A DNA stretch of 63,737 nucleotides, counting the filler, from Octopus bimaculoides (Eukaryota): NCBI RefSeq assembly GCF_001194135.2. It is 8 parts of 6 records of this genome, joined end to end, with 100 filler letters (N's around TTAATTAATTAA, not from the genome) between each part and the next. Parts side by side here need not be neighbours in the genome. Positions count along the whole stretch, not along the records: positions 23,576 to 37,544 come from NC_068991.1; positions 37,645 to 43,382 come from NC_068984.1; positions 43,483 to 54,524 come from NC_068985.1; 5 more parts are not named here. The stretch is one strand, 5' to 3'. Shown here piece after piece: positions 37,164 through 48,830 of this stretch (its first letter is position 1; the number at the start of each line of letters is the position of its first letter). Position numbers and translations under genes: made by a program. The notes under the pieces were generated by a model, which worked only from the letters and a program-made list of their open reading frames with translations, ran no database searches and was not told the origin of the DNA.

Positions 37164-37660
37164 ACAGATTGAGAGGAAGAGAGTAAGCGAGTGGGAATTA
37201 GATAGAGAGAGGGGTAAGTAGGGAGGAAGAGGGAGAGAGAGAGAGAGAGAGAGAGGACTTGCAAATTAAACAAAGAAGAGATTAGGAGGTGATCAACTGA
37301 GCCGAGAAAACAAAACTGAGCTTGTGTGTGCGTGAGTGTATGTATGTGTGCGCATACATGCACAGAGTGTGAGAGAGAGACAGAAAGAGAAACAAGAAGA
37401 GAATAGAAGATAAATAAATAGATAGTGGGAATAAGAAAGAAGGATATTCTTCAATTAAGAATGTATGTGTGTGTGTATACACACACGTACACGTATAGAT
37501 ATATATATGTATGCATATATATATATATATTTATGCATATATATNNNNNNNNNNNNNNNNNNNNNNNNNNNNNNNNNNNNNNNNNNNNTTAATTAATTAA
37601 NNNNNNNNNNNNNNNNNNNNNNNNNNNNNNNNNNNNNNNNNNNNATATATATATATATAT

Positions 37661-38425
37661 AAGGTCTGATCAATAAGTATTCGGACTGTCACCATAGTAA
37701 TAAAGCTAAAGCACGGAGAGTAAAGTCGCTTGGCGCAGATTGACCTTGATCTCTGCTGTGCATGTGCACTAGCTTTTATCGTTCTAGCTGTTTACACTCC
37801 TGAAAATGTATGGAGAGCAGTGTATGAGCCGCACACAAGTGTACAAGTGGTTCAGACCTTTCCAAGATGGCCGAAAAATGTCAATATCGATGAACATTCT
37901 CGGTGATCCGCAACTAGCAGAATTGACAAAAACATTGCAGTTATGCGAGCAGCTGTGAGAGGAAATCGTCGAGTCACCTTCCGTGAGTTATCAGAGGATG
38001 TGGAGATTAGTTACGGTTCAGTTCAGCTCATTATCACAGAAGATTTGGGTATGACAGGCGTGTCTGCCAAGTTTGTGTCAAAACTGCTTTCAGCTGACCA
38101 AAAAGATACAAGATTTCCTTAGTTGTGTCAAGAACGAGGAGAACATTTTGAAAACTTTGCGTGGGCCTCTGAGCATGTATTGCGAAGCTTTTAGCAAAAT
38201 TCGATGCAGATTCTCTGCTCAACTTTCTGTCGTGAGTCAATGCGATGATCACACGCTACACACCTTCGTTCCAAGAACTGCTGTAAAAAGCGGAAGTGAG
38301 CCAGCACGTTAATTCTTAGTGCGCAGGAACAGCAGAGTACAAAGTGAACAGCAGAGTACAAAGTACTTCCCGTACTTTAGCTTCATCACTATAGCAACAG
38401 TCCGGATACTTATTGATCGCACCAT
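37661..38425 (+). mobile_element. Internally deleted mariner with both TIRs
   Basis: GGTCTGATCAATAAGTATTCGGACTGT vs ACAGTCCGGATACTTATTGATCGCACC (24/27); MYGEQCMSRTQVYKWFRPFQDGR HTH; flanked by TA tracts. Confidence 0.88.
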
Positions 38426-39344
38426 GTATATATATATATATACGACAGGCCCACATGACCATGACAATGTGCATTAACTGAAAACTTTTACACTACATAC
38501 ATATACACATATGTACGTGTGTGTCTGTATATATATATATATACGACAGGCCCACATGACCATGACAATGTGCATTAACTGAAAACTTTTACACNNNNNN
38601 NNNNNNNNNNNNNNNNNNNNNNNNNNNNNNNNNNNNNNNNNNNNNNNNNNNNNNNNNNNNNNNNNNNNNNNNNNNNNNNNNNNNNNNNNNNNNNNNNNNN
38701 NNNNNNNNNNNNNNNNNNNNNNNNNNNNNNNNNNNGTGTATACACACACGTATCTATAAAACTATATATATATATATATTTACATGTGTGCGTGCTTGTG
38801 TGTTTGTGTGTTTCATCTACTAGATAATTTTGAAGCAACACGGCACATATATGCGTGCGCTAGAAAAGGCGAAGTCATTCAATTCCTCACGTAAACTGAC
38901 TGAGTCCAAACAACAGGTCAATAAACCTCTTCCATCATTGAAGTTTTAAGGCTTCGGGACATTCAGTCTCGTAGATTCCAATGGTTTGCTGTATCTGTGT
39001 TGCATACTTCTGAATAAGTAAGTAGACACGCACACACGCATTCACACACACACACACACCACGCACACTCACGCGCACACACACACACACGCATACACAT
39101 ACACACACACACGCTTACACACGCGCACGAGCACATACACGCATACATACTGACGTACATACAGACGCGCGCATACGAGCATACATATGTCGGAGGGTGT
39201 GTTCATGTGTGTGTATGCTGTGTGTATGTGTGTGAGTGAGTGTGCATATCTTTATGAATATTTGGGCCTTTCTATATACACATGTACATAAGGATATACA
39301 TATATATATATATATGTATATACATAAACATGTATGTATGTATG

Positions 39345-39381
<37 letters not shown>

Positions 39382-39490
39382 CTGTATTTATGTATATATA
39401 CGTATATATATAGACATTATACAGACACATATTTATATACATATATATATACCTATCTATGTATATATACATAGACTTGTATTGTTTATG

Positions 39491-39544
<54 letters not shown>

Positions 39545-39745
39545 NNNNNNNNNNNNNNNNNNNNNNNNNNNNNNNNNNNNNNNNNNNNNNNNNNNNNNNN
39601 NNNNNNNNNNNNNNNNNNNNNNNNNNNNNNNNNNNNNNNNNNNNNNNNNNNNNNNNNNNNNNNNNNNNNNNNNNNNNNNNNNNNNNNNNNNNNNNNNNNN
39701 NNNNNNNNNNNNNNNNNNNNNNNNNNNNNNNNNNNNNNNNNNNNN

Positions 39746-39777
<32 letters not shown>

Positions 39778-40149
39778 CTCTGTTCATTTGTTGATGTAAT
39801 GCTGGCACATCTTTTGTTGATTTCCTGCTGGTTAAAGACCTAGACGTGTCTCTTCCGTCAGGCTTGGCTGTCCAAGACGACAAATTACTATTTTGTGTTG
39901 GTGCTGCCGTTGGCATGTGATGAGCTCCTGTTATGAGTTCCTTGATAGAATTTGAATTGAGATCCTACACAGCCATAAATGCTACAGCAATGCATTTCGT
40001 TTGACTCTCTAAGAAATGTGCCAATCGAAGGCACTGACTGATTGTAAAATGGACTTCGGCGCGCTTTGAAATCAGAGAGAAGACAGCCGAAACATCGCAA
40101 AGCACCGTATGCTATTATTCAGCCAATATTTCATTTATATACAAACATG

Positions 40150-40345
40150 GCAATAAAGTGTAGTCCCTATATTTCAAAGGGCCAACCTTGTCACACTCTG
40201 TATCACGCTGAATGTCCTTGAGAACTTCGTTAAGTGTACACATGTTTGTGGAGTGCTCAGCCACTTACACGTTAATATCAAGATCAGGCTGTTCCGCTGA
40301 TCGTTTCAGCTGAAACCCTTGTCGTAACCGACAGAGGGCCAGTGC
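40150..40345 (+). mobile_element. SINE A 3' half
   Basis: CCTTGTCACACTCTGTATCACGCTGAATGTCC...GTGGAGTGCTCAGCCACTT. Confidence 0.75.
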
Positions 40346-40469
40346 ATACATTCTTTTATTTGTTTCAGTAATTTGCCTGCAGAAACAACAAACTCTGTCA
40401 ACAGAATACGAATCACCTTGCGAAGATAACCCAAGAAAATATAAATTCCATTAGACTGGGAAACTTTAT

Positions 40470-40672
40470 CTCATTCTCTCTACTCGGGAAGTCTAATATC
40501 TTTAGATTACATGGCATCAGAAAACTAGTTTTCAGGTGGGGAAATGTTATTACTAATGATGGGGATTATATTTTGAATGACTAAATATCTTTACGATTTA
40601 TTTTATGCTGATTTTGAACTTATTACACGATTACATGAAATGCGGCATAACTTTTCGGTACCCCCAGTATGT
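40470..40672 (+). mobile_element. Mariner 3' end relic
   Basis: HGIRKLVFRWGNVITNDGDYILND* resembles mariner C-terminal GI.KL..RW..V....G.Y; TIR-like end. Confidence 0.55.
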
Positions 40673-41829
40673 GTGCGAGTGTATGCAAGGGTGTGTGTGT
40701 GCGTGTGTGTGTGTCTGTCTGTATGCATGTATATAAATATAAATATAATACACCCGATGATTAGGTTAAACATGAATTTTAAATTAATTGAAAATAATAT
40801 AAATTTAATATATCTTAATTATGAAAATTACGTAATAATGGGATAAATATCTATGAGCGCGCGCACACGCATACTCATTTCGTAATAATCTTTTCTACTC
40901 TAGACTCAAGGCCCGAAAATTTTGCGGGAGGGAGCCAGTCGATTAGGTCAACCCCAATCGACCTGAAAATACGACAGGTAATGTCGACCTCGGCGAAATT
41001 GAACTCAGAACCTATATCATAACCATATGAAGGTGTGTTGCGTAGTTGTTAAGAGGTTTGGTTCGTTATCGTTAGGTCATGGTTTCAATACCTGGACAAG
41101 ATGGAACATTCTGTCCAAGAGCAAGTCACTTTCTTTTACTTTGCTCCAGTCTGCCGAACCACAATGGGTACCAGCAGTGATGGTACTGCTATCTCAAGAG
41201 TTGGAGGTGACCTAAAGGATATCTATGTCTGCTTACAATTATAGAGACCCATAAAACAATTAACGAAAATATGGTGTGTAATACCCTACCACAATATTAA
41301 ACTGTACTGTATTATGATATATGAAGGAAAAGTAAAAAATTATCCTCACTTTCGCCAACTTTTCTTCAAGTAGACTGCACTGACTTAAGCGTACGCTAGC
41401 GAAAGGTGGTAATCTCACGGTTACATAATTGTGGTCTCACTTTTCTCGCTTAAATTTTCTTTCTTGTGTTACAGAGTGCTGGCAGTGTACATAAGGAATA
41501 ACAAAGATCCGACTTCTCTAGTCTGAAACTATGTAAGGGGTAGAAGTGTGTATGAGTGGAAAATAGGTACTGGGCAAAAGTAATAAGGGCGGTTCAAGAC
41601 ACATTTTTGCAAAGAATCCAGTATGTGTGTTGCAAGCATTTTGTTTCATCTTCTGACTAGGAAAAGGTACACATTGGAAAAACTCTGGCGATTCTACAAC
41701 AGCCCCAAAGGTAAAAAAAATAAGCATACCTAGAGGCGGGTGTATTTTCGAATCACACCCTGCCAAAACAATCGAAGGCGAATGTGTGCTTTGACTTCAG
41801 GACTGTTAGTCTCATATTTATGCTTAAAA

Positions 41830-42860
41830 TATTTCTAACAGTTATAATAGGAGGAATAAAAAGCAACTATAGGCATAAGACGATGGGGAACAGTTTGGAT
41901 ATAGGGCCAATAGAAGTACACCACATTCCATATACTGCTTCCAAATTCAAATAAAAGAAATATCTATTTGCTTGCTGCTTCAAAGATTATATCAAGGCAT
42001 TTGACCGTGTATACCACAGAGAGCTTATGACCGCTTTAGAAAAAGGCTGTCTTGGAAGAAAAGACATCAGAATCATTTTTGTGTTGTAATGCAGCCAAAG
42101 GCATCCATCAAAATAGACCAGGAATTATCAGAACAAGTAGAGACCAAAAGAAATGTAAGACAAGAATGTATGTTATCGACATAACTGTTTACATGTCTAT
42201 GATGAGTATATCTTCAGAGAGTCAAATGAGATCAGATGATTCACAGTGAATTGCATGAACATAAACAATGTAAGATGTACTGATAATACATTGTTATTGA
42301 TAGATAGTAATCAGAAATTACAAGAAATCGTTGTTGTAGATGCGCAAAATGATAAGAGAGATATAATGTGAATGTAGAAAAAAAAAGAGACAAAGGTTAT
42401 TAGTAAATATAAATGTGGAGGGGCAAAAGGTTGAACAAATAAAAAAGAAAGTATTTAGGACAAAATAATTAATCAGAAAGATCACAGTGTAAGTTAGTCA
42501 AATAATAAGGCTAAAACAACATTTATAAGAGTGAAAAAGATCCCACTTCAAACGACATTACACTACAATTAAAGCTGATGTTAGTAATCTGTTACATTAT
42601 GCTATTTGTCATATACGTGGCAGAAAGTTGTGCAATGTATATAGTTATGTAGAAAAAGACCGAAACATTTGAGAAGCGCAGATTCTGCAGGATAAGCTGG
42701 AAAGTCAGGCTAACAAATGCAATTCAAGAAATGCTGCAAGTCCGAAGACGATTATTAGTTGGGACCAAGTCTACAGATCTATTATATTTTGGATAAGCAA
42801 TGCACCAAGAGTCACTGCACAATACTATCATGGCAGAAAATGTTGAGGGATGGGAAGAGA
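41830..42860 (+). mobile_element. Very old RTE/BovB-like RT relic
   Basis: KYLFACCFKDYIKAFDRVYHRELM (RT F.D..KAFD.V.H) plus further RT-like debris. Confidence 0.6.
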
Positions 42861-43348
42861 GCAGGAGGCTGTGAAAGACGCTTCATGAAAGAATGAAGTG
42901 GAAAAAAAAAGCCCGGTTGATTGTATGCATACAGCACGACACACAGAGAATTGGAGAGTTTTAGCAAGTCGACCCTTGGACGCAGGGAGAGAACGTGGCT
43001 ATGATGATAATGATGATGATGATGATGATGGTGTGTGTCTGTGTGTGTATGTGTATGTGTTATGTGTGTGTGTGTGTGTGTGTCGAAATTATAATGAAAA
43101 CATTTGTTCAAAACGTCATACAGTTTTATCAACTCTGGGCTTAATAGTTGCAAAAGTGAACTTCTTAAACAATTGGCCATGTCTGCACGTGCAAAAGGCT
43201 TGTATCCAAACATCTACTAAAGAATAAATGATTGGAATGATTATGGGAATGAAACTAGAGGAAATATTAACAGAATTATAAAGTACATACATACATACAT
43301 ATGTGTACATACATACATACATACATATGTGTATCTATATGTTTTGGC

Positions 43349-43382
<34 letters not shown>

Positions 43383-43481
43383 NNNNNNNNNNNNNNNNNN
43401 NNNNNNNNNNNNNNNNNNNNNNNNNNTTAATTAATTAANNNNNNNNNNNNNNNNNNNNNNNNNNNNNNNNNNNNNNNNNNN

Positions 43482-43805
43482 NGTGGAATTTTTCGCTGTC
43501 TGATGGCTATGGCAAAAGAGGGTGTGTGGTGGACGCGATTGAAAAGGTTGAAGACGGGTACCTTCCTCTTTGGCCAAGGCCTCATTGACTTTTTCAGGTT
43601 CCACCTGAAAAAGAAATTGAGGTTGGAGAGGGAGGTACTATCACCCAGCAAGTTCGTTGAAAGATAGGTGAATGTGGCAAGAATGGCCCGAGTGAATGGG
43701 CCTAGTGTGCGCCTGTAGGCCGGATGGAAGGGAAAAGAGAGGGTGCCTTCCCGAGGAGCTGTTGATGTTAAGGGGTCCAAGATGCCTTAAGGTAGCTCTT
43801 CCAGA
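43482..43805 (+). mobile_element. L1/Tx1-clade LINE 3' fragment
   Basis: MAKEGVWWTRLKRLKTGTFLFGQGLIDFFRFHLKKKLRLEREVLSPSKFVER*VNVARMARVNG. Confidence 0.75.
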
Positions 43806-43970
43806 TGTTGCATTATGACAGTAACATCTACGTAACACCTACAATGACATCAATGCTAGAATGTATCGGCCCTAATATTGACCTGTGGAAACCCCGTCAT
43901 GATGCATTGCAGTTAATTATTGCTATCCGAGAGTTTCATTTTTTTTCCCGATTAATTATTTATAATTATC

Positions 43971-44422
43971 GGTGCTACTTTAGCATGCAGTCGACCTGGT
44001 CATTTACACTTTAGCATGCAGGCTCAGTCTAACCCTAATCATAACCCTAAGCCCTAACCCTAAACACGAACCTTAAACACTAACCCTAACCTTAAACACT
44101 AACCCAAACCTTAATCTCTAACCCAAATCCTAAATCCTAACTCTATCCCTAAACCCTAACCCTAAGCCCTAACCCTAAATCCTAACACTAAACACTAAAC
44201 CTAACCCTAAATCCAAACCTAACTTTAACCCTAAATTCTAATACTAAATTCTAACCCTAAATCCTAATCCTAAATTATAACCGTAAACTTTACACTTATT
44301 CCTAAACCCTAATCCTAACCCTAATCCTAATCCTAACCCCTAACTTTAATCCCAACCCAGATCAGATCATTTCACAACATTGACTACAGATACCATGGTA
44401 GACTGCACATTAACGAGGCACC
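43971..44422. mobile_element. TIR-bounded element with a degenerate (CCCTAA)n interior, copy 1
   Basis: TIRs 43971-43994 and 44399-44422 (about 17/24); array 44025-44357. Confidence 0.65.
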
Positions 44423-44690
44423 TAATAACCAGTTATCATGATACATATTTTCCCTCTTTAATGACTACGTAGTATTTCTCCAAACATTGCCTGATATCGT
44501 TTCTCTTCATGATGTCATGTCAATCTACTGAATAACTAATTGTTGTCGTCGTCTTCATATTAGGTTGTCAATTAAGTGACTAACCGTTTGATGTCTCAAC
44601 ATAAAATCGTCAGTCATTCTGGTAGACAATGACAAAATGCATTGTTATTAATTATTGCTATTTAAGAATTTCATTTTATTTATAATTACC

Positions 44691-45146
44691 GGTGCTGCTT
44701 TAGCATGCAATCTAAGCCTAACCCTAACCATAGCCCTAAACCCTAACCCAAAACACTAACCATGACCTAAGCTTCTAACCCAAATCGTGAACCCTAACCA
44801 TAACCCTGAATTCTAACCCTAAACCCTAACTCTAACCGTAATCATTAACCTAACTCTAACTCTAAATCCTAATCCTAAATTCTAATCCTAAACATTAACC
44901 CTATCCCTAAACACTAACCCTAATCCTAAACACTAACACTAAACCATAACCCATAAACCATAACCCTAAACCCTAACCCTTAAGCCCTAACCCTAAACCC
45001 TAATCCTAAATTATAACCTTAAACTTTAACCCTATCTCTAAATCCTAACCCTGACCCTAGAAACTAACCCTAAAACCAACCCAGATCAGATCATTTCATA
45101 ACGTCGACTAAGAATACTGCGGTAGACTGCACGCTAAAGCAGCACC
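44691..45146. mobile_element. TIR-bounded element with a degenerate (CCCTAA)n interior, copy 2
   Basis: GGTGCTGCTTTAGCATGCAATCTA vs TAGACTGCACGCTAAAGCAGCACC (22/24); array 44710-45081. Confidence 0.75.
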
Positions 45147-45818
45147 TAATTTACTAATCATCATGACATGTATTTTCCCTCTTTAATGACTACATAGTGT
45201 TTCTTCAGAAATTGAGTGATGTTGTTTCTCTTTATGATGTCATATCTATCATATTATGATGTCATGTCGTCAACGTAGGGAATAATTACTTGTTGCCGCC
45301 GTTATCATATTAAGTTGTCTATTGGGTAACTAGTATCTTGAAGTCTCAACATAAAGACGTCAGTTATTCATTCTGGTGGATAATGAATGACACTGGTATT
45401 TAAGAACTAATTACTCAGTTGGCTGAATAGCAAGCAACATGATGCTTTACTCTAATTATATGGTGTTCACCTATTGACTTAAGAGCTACTTCATGTTGGT
45501 ATCACGGTATCAATTTGAGAATCGTTTGAACAGCATATAGACGGCGCTATCAGTTACTCAGTCGGTTGAATAACATTTATTTAATATTACTATTATGATT
45601 TCATATCGCTAAAGAGTTGAATAGCAAGCGATTTAACATTACTGAAAAAGTTCTCCTGTCTGTTCAATGGCTACTTCATGTTGCTATTGTAATAATCAGG
45701 TAAGTAAACGAACTATGAACTTTTCAGGCGACTCTCGTATTAGTCTAATTCCACTCAGACTGTCAGTCTGAATTCTGTTTCCGGGCTGAACACGTTATTC
45801 TACACTCACTTTATTCTG

Positions 45819-45851
<33 letters not shown>

Positions 45852-47389
45852 GCTGTCGTTTTTGTTTATCTCTAGCTTTGACCAGGTAGGTAAATAAAGG
45901 ACTTCACTCAAGAACATATTTTCATTTTTATATATTTAGCACACCAACTTCATGGACAATAGTTTTACAAAGTGACAGTAGCGAACAGTCACAGAATTCT
46001 ACTTCATATTTAGTTGGCGTTCATATAGCATGTATTTAGCTAAATAAGGCAGTTACTCAATTCTGGCAGTTTCCCTGAACAAGTATGGACTCTGCTAGAC
46101 GACACTGTATTGGCCTTCATTGAAGATAGTAAGGTGTGGGTCGAAGCAAATTTGGCTGCTGTTTCCAATCGTTCGAGCGAGCCTATAATGACTCCCATAA
46201 TAAGTTAGATATGATAGGTGAAGATAAAGTTTATCTTTCATCCTTCATAAGTGAAGCTAAACGTCGATAATCAATCTGGAATGAAGTATATGTCCCGCGG
46301 AGAGAAGAATGATTAAAGCAAGAATTTCTTTGATCAGCTAGATGAGGCCTAATCTGAACTCAAACTGCTCATTTCCACCTAATTGTATACAACTAGAAGT
46401 AAGATCTTCTCAAAGCTATCTTTCCTGGTGGAACCATGATGGTGAACATGACAGGCTTGACTGCAGAAACACACCGTAGGTGCTACAGTTTTTGAAAGAA
46501 AAATCTTACACGAGTATTTTTATATAAAACTTAAGTATAAGCATTCACCTAAAACTAATATGTGCATATATATATGTGCATATATNNNNNNNNNNNNNNN
46601 NNNNNNNNNNNNNNNNNNNNNNNNNNNNNNNNNNNNNNNNNNNNNNNNNNNNNNNNNNNNNNNNNNNNNNNNNNNNNNNNNNNNNNNNNNNNNNNNNNNN
46701 NNNNNNNNNNNNNNNNNNNNNNNNNNNNNNNNNNNNNNNNNNNNNNNNNNNNNNNNNNNNNNNNNNNNNNNNNNNNNNNNNNNNNNNNNNNNNNNNNNNN
46801 NNNNNNNNNNNNNNNNNNNNNNNNNNNNNNNNNNNNNNNNNNNNNNNNNNNNNNNNNNNNNNNNNNNNNNNNNNNNNNNNNNNNNNNNNNNNNNNNNNNN
46901 NNNNNNNNNNNNNNNNNNNNNNNNNNNNNNNNNNNNNNNNNNNNNNNNNNNNNNNNNNNNNNNNNNNNNNNNNNNNNNNNNNNNNNNNNNNNNNNNNNNN
47001 NNNNNNNNNNNNNNNNNNNNNNNNNNNNNNNNNNNNNNNNNNNNNNNNNNNNNNNNNNNNNNNNNNNNNNNNNNNNNNNNNNNNNNNNNNNNNNNNNNNN
47101 NNNNNNNNNNNNNNNNNNNNNNNNNNNNNNNNNNNNNNNNNNNNNNNNNNNNNNNNNNNNNNNNNNNNNNNNNNNNNNNNNNNNNNNNNNNNNNNNNNNN
47201 NNNNNNNNNNNNNNNNNNNNNNNNNNNNNNNNNNNNNNNNNNNNNNNNNNNNNNNNNNNNNNNNNNNNNNNNNNNNNNNNNNNNNNNNNNNNNNNNNNNN
47301 NNNNNNNNNNNNNNNNNNNNNNNNNNNNNNNNNNNNNNNNNNNNNNNNNNNNNNNNNNNNNNNNNNNNNGGGCACCGCCATAAAGAACT

Positions 47390-47521
47390 TTAATCGAGCG
47401 AATAGACCCTAGTATTTAATTTCTTTTTGAAGTCTGGTACTTATTCTATCGGTTTCCTTTTGCCGAACCGCTTAGTTACGGGGACATAAACACAGTAACA
47501 ACAGTTGTCAGGCAATGGTAT

Positions 47522-47565
<44 letters not shown>

Positions 47566-47742
47566 CATATATATACACGACGGGCTTCTTTCAAGTTCCG
47601 TCTACTAAATCCACTCACAAGGCTTTGGTCGGCCCGAAGCTAGATTAGAAGACACTTGCCCAAGGTTCCAATCAGTGGGACTAAACCAGGAATCAAGTGG
47701 TTGAGAAGCAAACCTCTAACCACACACCGACGCCCACGCCTT
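47390..47742 (-). mobile_element. SINE C
   Basis: Homology to C consensus with an internal (CA)n. Confidence 0.85.
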
Positions 47743-47842
47743 GTTAATTTTACACTAATCCTGCATCTTACAACGCTGAGTTGTAACACCTTTTACAGCT
47801 AAATAGACTGTGCCATTTAAAAGTTTAGTATACTGGCGAAGT

Positions 47843-48218
47843 GTGGAGGCGCAATGGCCCAGTGGTTAGGGCAACGGACTCGCGGTTTCGACCGGGTGTT
47901 GTGAGTGTTTATTGAGCGAAAACTCCTAAAATTCCACGAGGCTCTGGCAGGGGATGGTGGTGAACCCGGCTGTACTCTTTCACCACAACTTTCTCTCACT
48001 CTCACTTCCTATACCATTGCCTGTTTCTGTTGTGCCTGTAATTCAAAGGGTCAGCCTTGTCACACTGTGTCACGCTGAATATCCCCGAGAACTACGTTAA
48101 GGGTACACGTGTCTGTGGAGTGCTCAGCCACTTGTACGTTAATTTCACGAGCAGGCTGTTCCGTTGATCGGATCAAAAGGGAACCCTCGACGTCGTAAGC
48201 GACGGCGTACCAACAACA
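47843..48218 (+). mobile_element. SINE A (long-insert subfamily) with 13-bp TSD
   Basis: TSD ATACTGGCGAAGT at 47830-47842 and 48219-48231. Confidence 0.9.
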
Positions 48219-48584
48219 ATACTGGCGAAGTACACAGGCGCATAGCCAATGGTGAGGTTTTGGAGCGAGAACTTTCGTTCCGCAATGCGATATCTCACCG
48301 ACACTACGAAGCGGCTTATTTATAGCTTTAACAGTCGAATAAATATTTCCTTTTTTAATTTATAAGACTTGTTAGAAATCATGACATCCTTTAAAAATTT
48401 ATTCAGTACAAAACCTCTCGAATTTCTTGATGATAAAAGCAGGGGAGAATATCGTGTATCCTGTGTCAACTAGCAAACTGGCTTTTAACATTAAGGTCGT
48501 TTGTTGGAATTAGTAGTTTTCTAATTCGTATATTTCAGTCGTTTAAAACACAGTAATATACACCACAATTTAACTCGATCGACT

Positions 48585-48830
48585 ATTGCTGCTGCTTCTG
48601 CTAATACTACTACCAACACCAACATCAACACCGCCACCGCCATCACCACTACCACAACTACCAAGATCACAACCACTGCCACCACCATATCGCAGCCATT
48701 ACTATTACTACTACTACGACCACCACCACCACCACCACTACCACCACCACCACCACCACCACCACTACCACCACCACCACCACCACCTACTGCTGCTGCT
48801 ACTAGTACTACTACTCATATTGCTACTACC
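48585..48830. repeat. (CAC/CTA)n trinucleotide array
   Basis: Direct reading. Confidence 0.92.

Noticed and set aside
38430-38594. 63-bp tandem duplication
   Set aside because: Directly abuts a gap and is flanked by TA tracts, so it is likely an unmerged contig overlap.
40382-40535. Open frame after gcctgcag|
   Set aside because: The acceptor derives from a SINE C fragment and the frame ends in a mariner C-terminal motif.
41475-41532. Strong acceptor and GTAAGG donor
   Set aside because: Stops in all three frames; only a non-coding exon is possible and nothing supports it.
44025-45081. True chromosome end or telomere-fusion site
   Set aside because: The arrays are degenerate, in the same orientation, internal and enclosed by TIRs; there is no head-to-head junction.
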